Of a DNA stretch of 32,000 nucleotides, positions 1 through 9,242 are shown in pieces. Each line of letters opens with the position of its first letter. Position 1 is the first letter of the stretch. Source of the stretch: an uncultured Chloroflexia bacterium (lineage in GTDB: Bacteria > Chloroflexota > Anaerolineae > Anaerolineales > Anaerolineaceae); the NCBI GenBank assembly GCA_963704755.1, contig OY969938.1, positions 390,001-422,000 of the forward strand, in the 5' to 3' direction. Under the pieces are notes generated by a model. That model saw only the letters and a program-made list of their open reading frames with translations. It made no database searches and had not been told where the DNA came from. The position numbers and the translations under genes were made by a program.

Positions 1-84
1 CAGTATAGCACGCGCTTAAAGCAAAGTCAATCACGAATTTGGGTAATTTTGCCCTTATTTAATTTGTTTACCGAAATCAATTGG

Positions 85-966
85 CTATACGAAGAACAGC
101 GGGCTGATCGTTTCCAACGCCCGGGCGATGCGGGTGCCATGCCAGGTCAACAGGCTGCCATCCACCCGGTAAATTTGGCCTTTCTGCCCCGCGGTTGTTT
201 CCCCCAGCCATTCCTTGATCCGCTCGATCTCGATTTGGTTAAAATCGAACGGCTCGTCCGGCAGAAAGATGAAATCCGGATCGGCCGCCAGAATTTCACC
301 GGTCCGCATGCACGGGTAGCGCGTATCGCGTTCGCCGGGGTCTTCCCCCTCGGTGTTCTCCAGGTCAGACTCGAGCGGGTAGCGTCGCGAACGGCCGGCA
401 AACACGTTTTTCCCGCCTAACAAACGGATCAAATCACCGCAATAAGTCTGGTCGTTGAAAGTCATCCACCAGGCCGGGCTGCCATCCTGGCCGGGCTCGA
501 ACCAGATCGGCACAAACAACGCAGGGGCTGCCCACTCCGCAGCAGCCTCACCCGCCAGGTCCACCAGGTTCTGCAGCGAACGCATGCGCATCAGCGCCGG
601 TTCGCGATGAAAAAGGTAGACCAGGTCCCACAGGTCGCTCATCGCTTCCGCGACCGAATGCGGAAAAGCCAGCCAGACGGCGCAGCTCTCGCCCAGGCTC
701 TCGATGCAGCTCCGTTCATTTTCTTCCTGGTTGGCCAAAACCAGGTCCGGCCGGGTGGCCAGAACATCGTGCGGGTTGGCGGTTTTTGTCCCGCCAACCC
801 GCGGTAAATTTCTGGTGGCCTGCTCCGGCAAAACGCATTGATCGCTGATGCCCACCAGACAGTCACCCAGACCCAGGTCGAACAGGCTTTCCGTGATCGA
901 GGGAACCAGCGAGACCACTCGCTGCGGGACACGCCCGAAAGTACTCAACTGCCGGAAAATGGGCAT
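85..966 (-). CDS. Periplasmic-binding-protein type 2 fold protein (BtuF/TroA-like cobalamin or Fe-siderophore binding family); no obvious signal peptide
   Basis: 293-aa ORF. ATG at 966-964 is preceded by AGGAG. The N-terminal RVVSLVPSITESLFDLGLGDCLVGISDQC and the later DPDFIFLPDEP resemble helical-backbone ABC substrate-binding proteins. A 5-nt gap to the upstream gene suggests co-transcription. Confidence 0.6.
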   Translation of the reverse strand: MPIFRQLSTFGRVPQRVVSLVPSITESLFDLGLGDCLVGISDQCVLPEQATRNLPRVGGTKTANPHDVLATRPDLVLANQEENERSCIESLGESCAVWLAFPHSVAEAMSDLWDLVYLFHREPALMRMRSLQNLVDLAGEAAAEWAAPALFVPIWFEPGQDGSPAWWMTFNDQTYCGDLIRLLGGKNVFAGRSRRYPLESDLENTEGEDPGERDTRYPCMRTGEILAADPDFIFLPDEPFDFNQIEIERIKEWLGETTAGQKGQIYRVDGSLLTWHGTRIARALETISPLFFV

Positions 967-971
967 GGCTC

Positions 972-2165
972 CTATTCGAGTGCTGGCTGAAGCAGTCGAT
1001 AAGCAGAAGCAGCCATAACGGCTACCGCATTGGGCAGCACCCGCTCGTCGAAATTGAAACGCGGATGGTGATGTCCAAAGTTCAAACCTGCCTCGGCGTT
1101 AGCGCTGCCCACCATGAAGAAGCAGCCGTGCACCTGCTCCATGATGTAAGCCATATCTTCCGAACCCATCACGCGGTAATTGGTGTCCAACTCCAGGTCA
1201 GGAAACTCACTTTTGACCACATTTTGAACCGTTACCGTCGTTTCGTTGTCATTGACCACCGCCGGAGTTAGCCGCTCGACACTTACCTCGGCTTTGCAGC
1301 CCATCCCGCTGGCCACAGATTTGACGATCTCGCTGAACCGTTTCAGCACCAGTTCTCTCACCGCCGGGTCAAAAGTTCTAATTGTACCGGCCAGTTCGGC
1401 GGTACCCGGGATGACGTTGAAGGCCGTCCCGGTATTGAACTGGGTCACACTCACGACGGCCGTTGCCAGCGGAGCCACGTTACGCGCAACGATACTTTGC
1501 AAAGCCGTCACCACCTGGGCCGCCGCCAGCACCGGGTCCTGGGTGGTTTCCGGCATGGCGCCATGGCCGCCTTTTCCGCTGATCTTGATATTAAAGACGT
1601 CCCCTCCGGCCATGATCGGACCGGTGGAAACGCCGATCCAGCCGACCGGTTTTTCGTTCCAGACGTGCAACCCCAGGGTGGTGTCCACCTCCGGCGCGTG
1701 CAGGATCCCTTCTGCGAGCATGCGCTCCGCCCCGCCACGCCCTTCTTCGGCCGGCTGAAAGATCAGCTTGACCGTTCCGTGCAGGTCGTCGCGGCATTCA
1801 TTGAGCAGCCGGGCCACGGTCAGCCCGATAGCCGTATGGCCGTCATGGCCGCAGGCGTGCATCACTCCGGTTTTTTCCGAGGCGTAATCGACTTTGTTTT
1901 CTTCGACGATCGGTAGGGCATCCATGTCAAAACGCAGCAAGACCACCGGTCCGGGATGTGCGCCTTCGATCATTGCCACCACGCCTGTCCCAGCCACGCC
2001 TGAGGCGACTTCGATGCCCAGCGAATTCAATTCCCTGGCCACGATACCAGACGTGCGGACTTCCTCGAATCCCAGTTCAGGATGGCGGTGAAAATCCCGC
2101 CTTAATCCACGGGTATACTCAAACAAGAGGTTGGCCTGCTCGAAAAAATTTGGGGTGTTGTTCAT
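972..2165 (-). CDS. M20D-family amidohydrolase (aminoacylase/hippuricase type)
   Basis: 397-aa ORF. Its ATG overlaps the upstream stop (ATGA at 2162-2165). Motifs MHACGHDGH, QPAEEGRGGAERM and GHHHPRFNFDE are typical of peptidase M20D. Confidence 0.85.
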   Translation of the reverse strand: MNNTPNFFEQANLLFEYTRGLRRDFHRHPELGFEEVRTSGIVARELNSLGIEVASGVAGTGVVAMIEGAHPGPVVLLRFDMDALPIVEENKVDYASEKTGVMHACGHDGHTAIGLTVARLLNECRDDLHGTVKLIFQPAEEGRGGAERMLAEGILHAPEVDTTLGLHVWNEKPVGWIGVSTGPIMAGGDVFNIKISGKGGHGAMPETTQDPVLAAAQVVTALQSIVARNVAPLATAVVSVTQFNTGTAFNVIPGTAELAGTIRTFDPAVRELVLKRFSEIVKSVASGMGCKAEVSVERLTPAVVNDNETTVTVQNVVKSEFPDLELDTNYRVMGSEDMAYIMEQVHGCFFMVGSANAEAGLNFGHHHPRFNFDERVLPNAVAVMAASAYRLLQPALE

Positions 2166-2905
2166 GCTAAGATTATTCTCCGGAAATTGTCCACGTAACG
2201 TGGGTTTTCTTCAGTACTGTCCGCCGTCCGGCGGGCTTTCTGGTTCTTCAAAAACGCCGGGATATCCGGGATCTGGCTGGCGTGCTTCTTGAGCGCCTCG
2301 ATGCGCTGGTCCCAGGTGTCGGTCACGTCGATGGCGGTATTGCCCTGGCTGGTCAGCGAGAACCAGATTTCGGACACACTGTGCGGTGCCAGGCCCTCGT
2401 TTAACAGCTCGGGGAAAAACATCGGATTGCCGCTGGCCGGGAACACGGCGTCCATCACGATTTGCCCGGCCGTACGGTGGTCGGGGTGATTCAACCGGCT
2501 CTCGCGAATAAAATAATTCTGCGGATCGCAGGTAACGACAATATCCGGCTTTTCCTGGCGGACGACCCGCACAATCGCTTTACGCTCTTCCAACCCGGCT
2601 TGCAGATAGCCATCCTCGTAGTCGAGGAAACGGACCTCGTTCACCCCCAGAACACGCGCAGCTTCTTTCTGCTCGATTTCACGCCTGGCCATCAATGCGG
2701 TTGCATCGACTGGCTGATCCCCCTGGATACCTTTGTCACCGCGGGTGAATAAACAATAGTGGACCCGGTGGCCATTCCGGGTCCAGCGAGCGATCGTTGC
2801 CCCACAAAAAAATTCCGGATCATCTGGATGGGCCAGGATGACCAGAATGTCTTTCGGCTCTTTCCAACTTTCAGGTTCGACGGGTTCCACGTCTTTTCCT
2901 CCCAT
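2162..2905 (-). CDS. PIG-L/LmbE-family N-acetylglucosaminyl deacetylase
   Basis: Signature ILVILAHPDDPEFFCGATIA plus NHPDHRTAG. The longest ORF reaches 2974 but would overlap the upstream gene by 104 nt, so the ATG at 2905 (MGGKDVEP) is preferred. The start is uncertain. Confidence 0.75.
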   Translation of the reverse strand: MGGKDVEPVEPESWKEPKDILVILAHPDDPEFFCGATIARWTRNGHRVHYCLFTRGDKGIQGDQPVDATALMARREIEQKEAARVLGVNEVRFLDYEDGYLQAGLEERKAIVRVVRQEKPDIVVTCDPQNYFIRESRLNHPDHRTAGQIVMDAVFPASGNPMFFPELLNEGLAPHSVSEIWFSLTSQGNTAIDVTDTWDQRIEALKKHASQIPDIPAFLKNQKARRTADSTEENPRYVDNFRRIILA

Positions 2906-3908
2906 AACGATTATTGTATTGTTGTTGGCCGCTTTTTGAGGCGCTGTCAGGATCGTTGTTGGGAGAGGTCTCATTGGTCGTTTCAGGTGTATCTTGCCCG
3001 TTCGCTTCTACTGCCGGGCTAACGTCTTCTTCCGTTTCGGATTTATTTGCCCGCGGATCAGGAACACCTTCGGGGCGCTGGTAGAAAGTCCGGATTTCTT
3101 CCCGCGTGAATTCTCGTACACCTATTTCCGGGATATCCACCTTCACGATTCCCTGAATCGGTTGGACATCGATAACTTTCCCTTCCCCAGCCGGGGTAGC
3201 CAACCGCTTGCCTCGTTTCGGCAAGCCCTTTCGGGCTTCGGCATAATTCTCGTATTCATAAATCAGGCAACAGCGCAGCCGGCCGCACATCCCGGTGATT
3301 TCTGTCGGCGTCAGCGAGATACCTTGCTCTTTGGCCATACGGATCGATATCGAACTGAAATCGGTCAAGAACTTCGAACAGCAGCGGCTTTCCAAACCAC
3401 AGGCACCCATACCGCCGATGATCTTGGCCACATCACGCGGACCAATCTGGCGTAAATCTACCTGGGCGGGTGTAAAAGTGCGCTGCATGTCCTGGCGCAA
3501 AGACTTGAGATCGACCTTTTCTTCCCCTTCCGAGGAATACAGGATGGTCAGGCGCGCGCCATCGAAGCTATATTCAGCCGAGACCACTTTGATATTTTGA
3601 ACCCGGATCTCCGCCGCGCGCTTTTTGCAAGTCTCGACGACATCATATTCCCGCAACTGCCAGACCTGCCTTAAAAGCAAATCCCGCGGTGAAGCCAGCC
3701 GGGAGACCAGCTTCCAGCCCCCTTCCGGGGGCTGGCCTGGATTTTGAACAACTTGTGCGACCTCGCCGATCTGCCATCCGCGCGATGTTTCGACGACAAC
3801 CGAATCCCCCTGGCGGACCTGGGATAGATTGGCAGCATCAAAATGGTATACTTTGCCTACCTTTGAAAAACGCAAACCAATCACCAGTGGGTCTTGAGCG
3901 CTATCCAT
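2871..3908 (-). CDS. PSP1 C-terminal domain protein (YaaT/RicT-like)
   Basis: 345-aa ORF starting with ATG at 3908. It has the Cys-rich PSP1 region CGLESRCCSKFL...GMCGRLRCCLIYEYENY and a low-complexity basic tail. Confidence 0.8.
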   Translation of the reverse strand: MDSAQDPLVIGLRFSKVGKVYHFDAANLSQVRQGDSVVVETSRGWQIGEVAQVVQNPGQPPEGGWKLVSRLASPRDLLLRQVWQLREYDVVETCKKRAAEIRVQNIKVVSAEYSFDGARLTILYSSEGEEKVDLKSLRQDMQRTFTPAQVDLRQIGPRDVAKIIGGMGACGLESRCCSKFLTDFSSISIRMAKEQGISLTPTEITGMCGRLRCCLIYEYENYAEARKGLPKRGKRLATPAGEGKVIDVQPIQGIVKVDIPEIGVREFTREEIRTFYQRPEGVPDPRANKSETEEDVSPAVEANGQDTPETTNETSPNNDPDSASKSGQQQYNNRYGRKRRGTRRT

Positions 3909-3910
3909 AA

Positions 3911-4993
3911 TTACCCGATCATTTCGATCTTTACACTGCTCTGATTTTTGAGGGCTTCGACACTCAACCGGGCAGCAAGTTGTTCCGCAACCGAATTCAG
4001 CGCTTTACCCGCTGCAGAATCCGGCTGGGAGATTACGATCGGGGCGCCTTCGTCACCCCCAATCCGTACAGATGGGTCCATCGGGATAGCACCCAGGAAC
4101 GGGTAATTACCGGCTTCGGCCATCTTTTTCCCGCCGCCTTGCCCAAATACATCCACCTGGGATCCATCGGGAAGTTCAAGGTAGCTCATATTTTCCACAA
4201 CACCCAGGATCGGGATGTTCAACTGTTCGAACATCTGGATTCCGCGGGTAGCATCTTCAACCGACACGGCCTGAGGCAGGGTGACGATCACGCCGCCACT
4301 CAACGGCAGAGATTGGGCCAGGCTCAATTGAGCATCGCCGGTTCCTGGCGGTAAATCGATGATCAGGTAGTCTAGCTCACCCCAATCGACATCGCCTAAA
4401 AATTGGCGAATCGCCGAGTGCAGCATCGGGCCACGCCAGATCAAAGCCCGGCCCGGCGGAACCAAAAACCCGATCGACATGATCTTGACGCCGTAATTTT
4501 CGGCCGGGGTGATGCGTTCGCCTTTCGAAAGGGGTAATTTTTCCACCCCCATCATGGTCGGCACATTCGGCCCGTAGATATCGGCGTCCAACAGGCCAAC
4601 TTTCGCCCCGGTCCTCGCCAGTGCAACCGCAATGTTGACCGAAACGGTGGTCTTTCCGACCCCGCCTTTGCCGGATGCGACCGCAACGGCGTTCTTGACC
4701 GGCAATTGCATTACACCTCGCGAACGACCGTCCGATGGGACGCTCGAATCCATCTTGATTTCGACTGTCTTCACCCCATCTACCGATAATACAGCTTGTT
4801 TTGTGTTTCTTTCCAGCACACCCTTCAGCGGGCAAGCGGGAGTTGTCAGGACCAGGTCGAACTTGACGTTGCCCTCGTTGATCTCCAGGTTACGGATCAT
4901 ATTGAGAGTGACCAGATCCTTATGAAGCTCGGGCTCCTGAACGGTGCTCAAAGCTGCCATAATCGCCTCTTTTGTAGGGGCTTGATTGTTCAT
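3911..4993 (-). CDS. Mrp/NBP35-family P-loop ATPase with N-terminal DUF59/MIP18-like domain
   Basis: 360 aa. It has a DUF59-type TTPACPLKG, the deviant Walker A VASGKGGVGKTT and a LIIDLPPGTGD switch. The CxxC normally found after ENMS is absent (VENMSYLELPDGSQVDVFGQGGG). Confidence 0.85.
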   Translation of the reverse strand: MNNQAPTKEAIMAALSTVQEPELHKDLVTLNMIRNLEINEGNVKFDLVLTTPACPLKGVLERNTKQAVLSVDGVKTVEIKMDSSVPSDGRSRGVMQLPVKNAVAVASGKGGVGKTTVSVNIAVALARTGAKVGLLDADIYGPNVPTMMGVEKLPLSKGERITPAENYGVKIMSIGFLVPPGRALIWRGPMLHSAIRQFLGDVDWGELDYLIIDLPPGTGDAQLSLAQSLPLSGGVIVTLPQAVSVEDATRGIQMFEQLNIPILGVVENMSYLELPDGSQVDVFGQGGGKKMAEAGNYPFLGAIPMDPSVRIGGDEGAPIVISQPDSAAGKALNSVAEQLAARLSVEALKNQSSVKIEMIG

Positions 4994-5023
4994 TGTAGAT
5001 GCCTTTCTTGAAAGAGCATAACT

Positions 5024-5341
5024 TTATTTACTCCGCATCTTGATGTATTTTTCAACCTCGGCACAGGATTGTTCGAATTGTTTGACCAATTCTTCATCGC
5101 TCCCTCGAAAACGGCGGATCGTCTGTTTTGCGCAAACTGTGCAGCCGTGCATACCCCTGAACGAATCGATACTACAACCCTGACAACCTCCCAGGCGGAC
5201 CATCATCAAAGTAAAACCCGCCTGCTTGACCAGGTCAGCATCGCTCGACCCTGCTTCGTCAACCAGCCTTTGCCAGACAACTCCACGTAACCCACGTAAT
5301 TGCGGAATAACGCGTGGAGGGAACATTAAACTCTGTGTCAT
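5024..5341 (-). CDS. Hypothetical small protein with two CxxC pairs (zinc-ribbon-like)
   Basis: 105-aa ORF with ATG at 5341. It contains CQGC-x10-CTVC. It sits in the same-strand block between nuoI and the Mrp-like gene. No family was recognised. Confidence 0.5.
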   Translation of the reverse strand: MTQSLMFPPRVIPQLRGLRGVVWQRLVDEAGSSDADLVKQAGFTLMMVRLGGCQGCSIDSFRGMHGCTVCAKQTIRRFRGSDEELVKQFEQSCAEVEKYIKMRSK

Positions 5342-5391
5342 TATTATACATGTCTGTCAAGTCAGATGCAAAGTGGATATTTCATGCCGAA

Positions 5392-6000
5392 TTATGCAGC
5401 TTTTTTGGCGGCTGCCTTCATAGCTTCCTTCTCGGCTCTGGCTTTTTCCTCAGCAACGTAATTCGTTGGGCGGATCGCTGCATAGTACGAAACCGGCTTG
5501 GACAGCTTTTCCATGTTGTAAATATGCTCGCTCATGCGGTCATACGATGCGATTTCGTAGTCATGGTCCATCTTGATCGCATCGAAGGGGCAGTATTCGG
5601 CACAGAAACCGCAATTCATGCAAATATCCACATCGATATAGAACTCCGCCGGCTCCGGGATCGGCTTACCTGTTTCAGGATCCGAGGTACGTACGATCCA
5701 GATGCATTGCGGCGGGCATACTTTCGCACAAATTCCGCACGAAGTACAGCGGGAGTGTTTCTCGCCATTTTCGTCTTCTTCATAAAGCAAGAAGGGGATA
5801 TAGCGAAACTCTTCGGGTACCGGCATTTTCTCTTCCGGGTACTGGATGGAAAAAATACCGGTTACATCGGTATTCTGGCGCAACTCGATCCCCTCTTTTG
5901 TATAGTAGCGCTTCTTACCGCGGCGGATATCCTCGATGTAAGTCAGCGAAAAGTGTCTAAAAGTCGTCCATAGACCCCGTAAAATTCCAGATCCATTCAT
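5392..6000 (-). CDS. nuoI: NADH-quinone oxidoreductase subunit I (2x[4Fe-4S] ferredoxin)
   Basis: 202 aa, with GGAGG upstream of the ATG at 6000. It carries two ferredoxin motifs, CTSCGICAKVCP and CMNCGFCAEYCP. It follows nuoCD directly. Confidence 0.85.
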   Translation of the reverse strand: MNGSGILRGLWTTFRHFSLTYIEDIRRGKKRYYTKEGIELRQNTDVTGIFSIQYPEEKMPVPEEFRYIPFLLYEEDENGEKHSRCTSCGICAKVCPPQCIWIVRTSDPETGKPIPEPAEFYIDVDICMNCGFCAEYCPFDAIKMDHDYEIASYDRMSEHIYNMEKLSKPVSYYAAIRPTNYVAEEKARAEKEAMKAAAKKAA

Positions 6001-6024
6001 TATTGCCTCCTCTGCTCCGCACCT

Positions 6025-7758
6025 TTAGCGGTCAACTTCACCTAACACAATATCGATCGAGCCGAGGATGGCAATCACATCGGCGACCTTCTCACCCCGG
6101 CACATATCCGCCAGGCTGGTCAAGTTGATGAAGGTTGGAGCGCGGACGTGATACCGCCATGGGTTGGGTTTCCCATTCGAAATCACGTAAAAGCCCAATT
6201 CACCTTTGGGGCTTTCCGTGCGCCCATAGGATTCACCAGCCGGGACGCGCACCTGGTACTGGGGCTTGGTCGACTGAATCGGCCCTTCGGGAATATCGCG
6301 GACGGCTTGCTGTAGAATCCGCAGACTCTGGCGCATTTCATCGATACGGACCAGGTAACGATCATAGATATCGCCGTGATAGCGGACGCACACGTCGAAA
6401 TCGAAGCGGTCGTAGATGCTGTAAGGAGCCGCGCGGCGGAGATCATAGGGAACACCGGAAGCGCGCAGTACCGGGCCGGTCGCCGAATTGGCGATAGCCT
6501 GCTCAGGCGTGAGAACCCCAACGCCTTCCGACCGCTCACGGATGATCTCGTTTGAGGTCAAGAAATTGTCCAGTTCATCGATCTTGCGCGGCAGGCGGTC
6601 GTAGGTCATGCGCTTGATTTTTTCGAGCACACCTTCCGGGAAATCACGGGCAACGCCGCCAAAACGGTAGTAGTTGCACATCATGCGCGAACCGGCCGTG
6701 GCCTCGAAGATATCCAGAATCAGTTCTCGTTCTTCGAGCGCGTACAGCACCGGGGTAAAGAACGCACCCAGGTCATTCAACAGGAAGCCAACCGCCACCA
6801 AATGGTTGAGGATACGGGTCAGTTCGGCCATGATCACGCGGATATATTCCGCCCGCTCGGTCGGCTGGACGCCCATCAACTTTTCGACCGTTACGGCATA
6901 GCCAAAATTGTTGGTCATCGAGCAAATGTAATCCAGGCGGTCGGTGAAAGGCATGTTCTGCAAGAACGTGTTCCGTTCCCCGATTTTTTCGTGGTTGCGG
7001 TGCAGATAGCCCATCACCGGCTTGAGATCGACTACTGTCTCGCCATCCATCACCGCAACCATGCGGAACACTCCGTGGGTCGAGGGATGCTGCGGGCCCA
7101 GGTTGATCACGATCTGTTCGGTCGCCAGGTCATCCGTCTTGTCGAGCTTTTTCATCCCCGCGTAAAGCAATGTTTCTTCATCGGGGATCCATTTTTCGGG
7201 ATCGAAATCTTTTGGATATTGGACATTACCGTTGAAAGGATTTTCGTCCTCGCTGCGGCGTACATGCCCATCTGGCCAGCGGCTCTTGAACGGTTTGGTC
7301 TCTTCCTCGAAATAGGGTTCATGCCAATCCTTTTGCAAAGGATGGCCGTAAAACCCTTCCCAGGTGAGGATCCGGCGCAGGTCAGGATGCCCTTCGAATT
7401 TGATTCCGATCAAATCCCAGGCTTCACGCTCCTGGAAGTCGGCGCCGGGATAGAGCGAGACCAGGGACGGGATGACCGGTTTTTCACGCGGCGTCTGCAC
7501 CTTGAGAGATATCCCCGGCCCGCCGATGGTGCGGTAGAAATGATAAACCGCCTCCAGAACGCCATCCGGCATGTAATCCACCCCGGTAACTGAGGAGAGC
7601 ATATCGAAACCGTACTCGTCGCGCAATTTTGCGGCCACATCCGGCAGGTGTTCGGCCGAGACCTTGTATCCGGAGTAGTTTGCCCGCGTATCGGCAGTCA
7701 CCCAATCCGGGTATATGGCTGCCAGGTCTAATTCGGTTGCAATCGTTAAATCACTCAT
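6025..7758 (-). CDS. nuoCD: Fused NADH-quinone oxidoreductase subunit C/D
   Basis: 577 aa. The N-terminal 30-kDa (NuoC) part contains [24 protein letters not shown]. The C-terminal 49-kDa (NuoD) part contains [15 protein letters not shown] and ends [12 protein letters not shown]. No NiFe-ligand cysteines are present. Confidence 0.9.
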   Translation of the reverse strand: MSDLTIATELDLAAIYPDWVTADTRANYSGYKVSAEHLPDVAAKLRDEYGFDMLSSVTGVDYMPDGVLEAVYHFYRTIGGPGISLKVQTPREKPVIPSLVSLYPGADFQEREAWDLIGIKFEGHPDLRRILTWEGFYGHPLQKDWHEPYFEEETKPFKSRWPDGHVRRSEDENPFNGNVQYPKDFDPEKWIPDEETLLYAGMKKLDKTDDLATEQIVINLGPQHPSTHGVFRMVAVMDGETVVDLKPVMGYLHRNHEKIGERNTFLQNMPFTDRLDYICSMTNNFGYAVTVEKLMGVQPTERAEYIRVIMAELTRILNHLVAVGFLLNDLGAFFTPVLYALEERELILDIFEATAGSRMMCNYYRFGGVARDFPEGVLEKIKRMTYDRLPRKIDELDNFLTSNEIIRERSEGVGVLTPEQAIANSATGPVLRASGVPYDLRRAAPYSIYDRFDFDVCVRYHGDIYDRYLVRIDEMRQSLRILQQAVRDIPEGPIQSTKPQYQVRVPAGESYGRTESPKGELGFYVISNGKPNPWRYHVRAPTFINLTSLADMCRGEKVADVIAILGSIDIVLGEVDR

Positions 7759-7763
7759 TGCGA

Positions 7764-8423
7764 TCAGGCCTCCTCGCCGTTGACTGTTTCAGCCGGATCG
7801 GCCGGTTCTTCCTGGTGGGAAAGCGCATAGATCCGGGCGAATTTGGCCGGGTCCATCAAATCCGGTCCGAGGATGGGAATCGGCAGGGGTTGGCTGGGGC
7901 CTTTTTTGTACCAGGACACCTCTTTGAGCGATTGTTTTTCGATTTTCTTCATCAGGGCCATCAGACCGTTCATCAAAGCCTGGGGAGTTGGCGGGCAACC
8001 AGGGATGTAAACGTCCACCGGTACGAACTTATCCACCCCAGAGACGACCGTATACCCTTCTTTGAAGGGTCCACCACCCGAGGCACAGGCGCCCATGGCG
8101 ATCACATAGCGCGGCTCGGCCATCTGGTTGTACAGGCGCACGATCTGCGGGATCATTTTCTTGGTCACCGTGCCAGAAACGATCATCACATCACTCTGGC
8201 GCGGGCTGGGGCGCATGACCTCCATGCCAAACCGCGAAAAATCGTAGCGGCTGGCTGCCACCGCGATCATTTCGATCGCGCAACAGGCCAAACCAAACAT
8301 CATCGGCCAGATGGAGTTTTTACGGCTCCAGTTGTAGATCTTGTCAATCGTGGTAATGGCCACCTGGCCCTGCATTTCTGCCGGGATCGAGTAACCCTTA
8401 CTGTTAAGGTCTTCTGTTCCCAT
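7764..8423 (-). CDS. nuoB: NADH-quinone oxidoreductase subunit B (N2 cluster subunit)
   Basis: 219 aa with the NuoB cysteine motifs [19 protein letters not shown] and IPGCPP. There is a 5-nt gap to nuoCD. Confidence 0.9.
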   Translation of the reverse strand: MGTEDLNSKGYSIPAEMQGQVAITTIDKIYNWSRKNSIWPMMFGLACCAIEMIAVAASRYDFSRFGMEVMRPSPRQSDVMIVSGTVTKKMIPQIVRLYNQMAEPRYVIAMGACASGGGPFKEGYTVVSGVDKFVPVDVYIPGCPPTPQALMNGLMALMKKIEKQSLKEVSWYKKGPSQPLPIPILGPDLMDPAKFARIYALSHQEEPADPAETVNGEEA

Positions 8424-8542
8424 TCCTTAACCTTTCATTTTTTCAATATCGGGGAAATAATTTCTAAACATACCAACGTTCATAATTTTACCTTAATCCC
8501 CTTGACTGTCAACGTGTCATTAAGCTAAAATATTTTTGCTTA

Positions 8543-9214
8543 ATGACCATTAGAATCCCAAATTTTCCCGATAGCAAACAAACGATGCCTGACGAAACCA
8601 CACGCGACCGGTTATTCCAATATCTTCAAATTCACCGCTCTGCGGATGTGCCCGAATTGAGCACAGCGCTGCAGGTCACCCGCCAGGATGTGCGCTACAA
8701 CCTCAATTTGTTAATAAGCTCCGGCCTGGTCCGGCGCGTTACAGATAAGGCGATTCACAATCCGCACAAGCCCGGCCGCCCCTCGGTATATTACTGCCTG
8801 GACCCGCAAACCCGGCCGGATAATTTGAATAATTTGGTCCGGGCTCTGCTAAAAACAACCTTCAGCGACGTCGATTTGCAAACCGGCTCAAACGAACCTC
8901 TCCAGAGGGTGGCCCAAATTCTGGCGGGACTGCCAGCGCCGGCAAGCGTTCCACGCAACCTACACGCCCGCTTGAACCTGGCCCTACAGGAGCTCAACCG
9001 CAACCAATACCGCGCTCACTGGGAAGCACGCCCGGACGGACCCTGCGTTCTTTTCGCCAATTGCCCCTACGCGGCCCTCCTGGCCGAATTTCCAATCCTA
9101 TGTGCCCTGGATGGCGAACTGCTCCATACCTTGACCGGCCGCCAGGTTCAGCAACTGGCTAAAATCGACCCGGCTGGCGGGTCGCCGCACCATTGCCTGT
9201 TCAAATTTATTTAG
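8543..9214 (+). CDS. Winged-helix (ArsR-like, COG2345-type) transcriptional regulator
   Basis: 223 aa. The N-terminal HTH-like region is RDRLFQYLQIHRSADVPELSTALQVTRQDVRYNLNLLISSGLVRRV. The C-terminal region is FANCPYAALLAEFPILCALDGELL. It is divergent from nuoB. The start is uncertain (alternative Met 14 codons in). Confidence 0.6.
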   Translation: MTIRIPNFPDSKQTMPDETTRDRLFQYLQIHRSADVPELSTALQVTRQDVRYNLNLLISSGLVRRVTDKAIHNPHKPGRPSVYYCLDPQTRPDNLNNLVRALLKTTFSDVDLQTGSNEPLQRVAQILAGLPAPASVPRNLHARLNLALQELNRNQYRAHWEARPDGPCVLFANCPYAALLAEFPILCALDGELLHTLTGRQVQQLAKIDPAGGSPHHCLFKFI

Positions 9215-9242
9215 AGTAAAGCCCGGGCTTTCAACCCAAGGG

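Noticed and set aside
6025-7758. Whether the NuoD-like part is really a group-4 [NiFe]-hydrogenase large subunit. That would make the isolated B-CD-I cluster a hydrogenase module.
   Set aside because: The N-terminal ligand site reads [10 protein letters not shown] and not RxCGxCxxxH. The C-terminus reads [11 protein letters not shown] and has no CxxC. It is therefore a NuoD-type protein without NiFe ligands.
5314-8528. Long plus-strand ORFs opposite the nuo genes (5314..5973, 6802..7593, 7629..8528).
   Set aside because: They lie antisense to genes with unmistakable NuoI, NuoCD and NuoB motifs. Their translations are Arg/His/Gly-rich, as is typical of shadow frames in GC-rich DNA.
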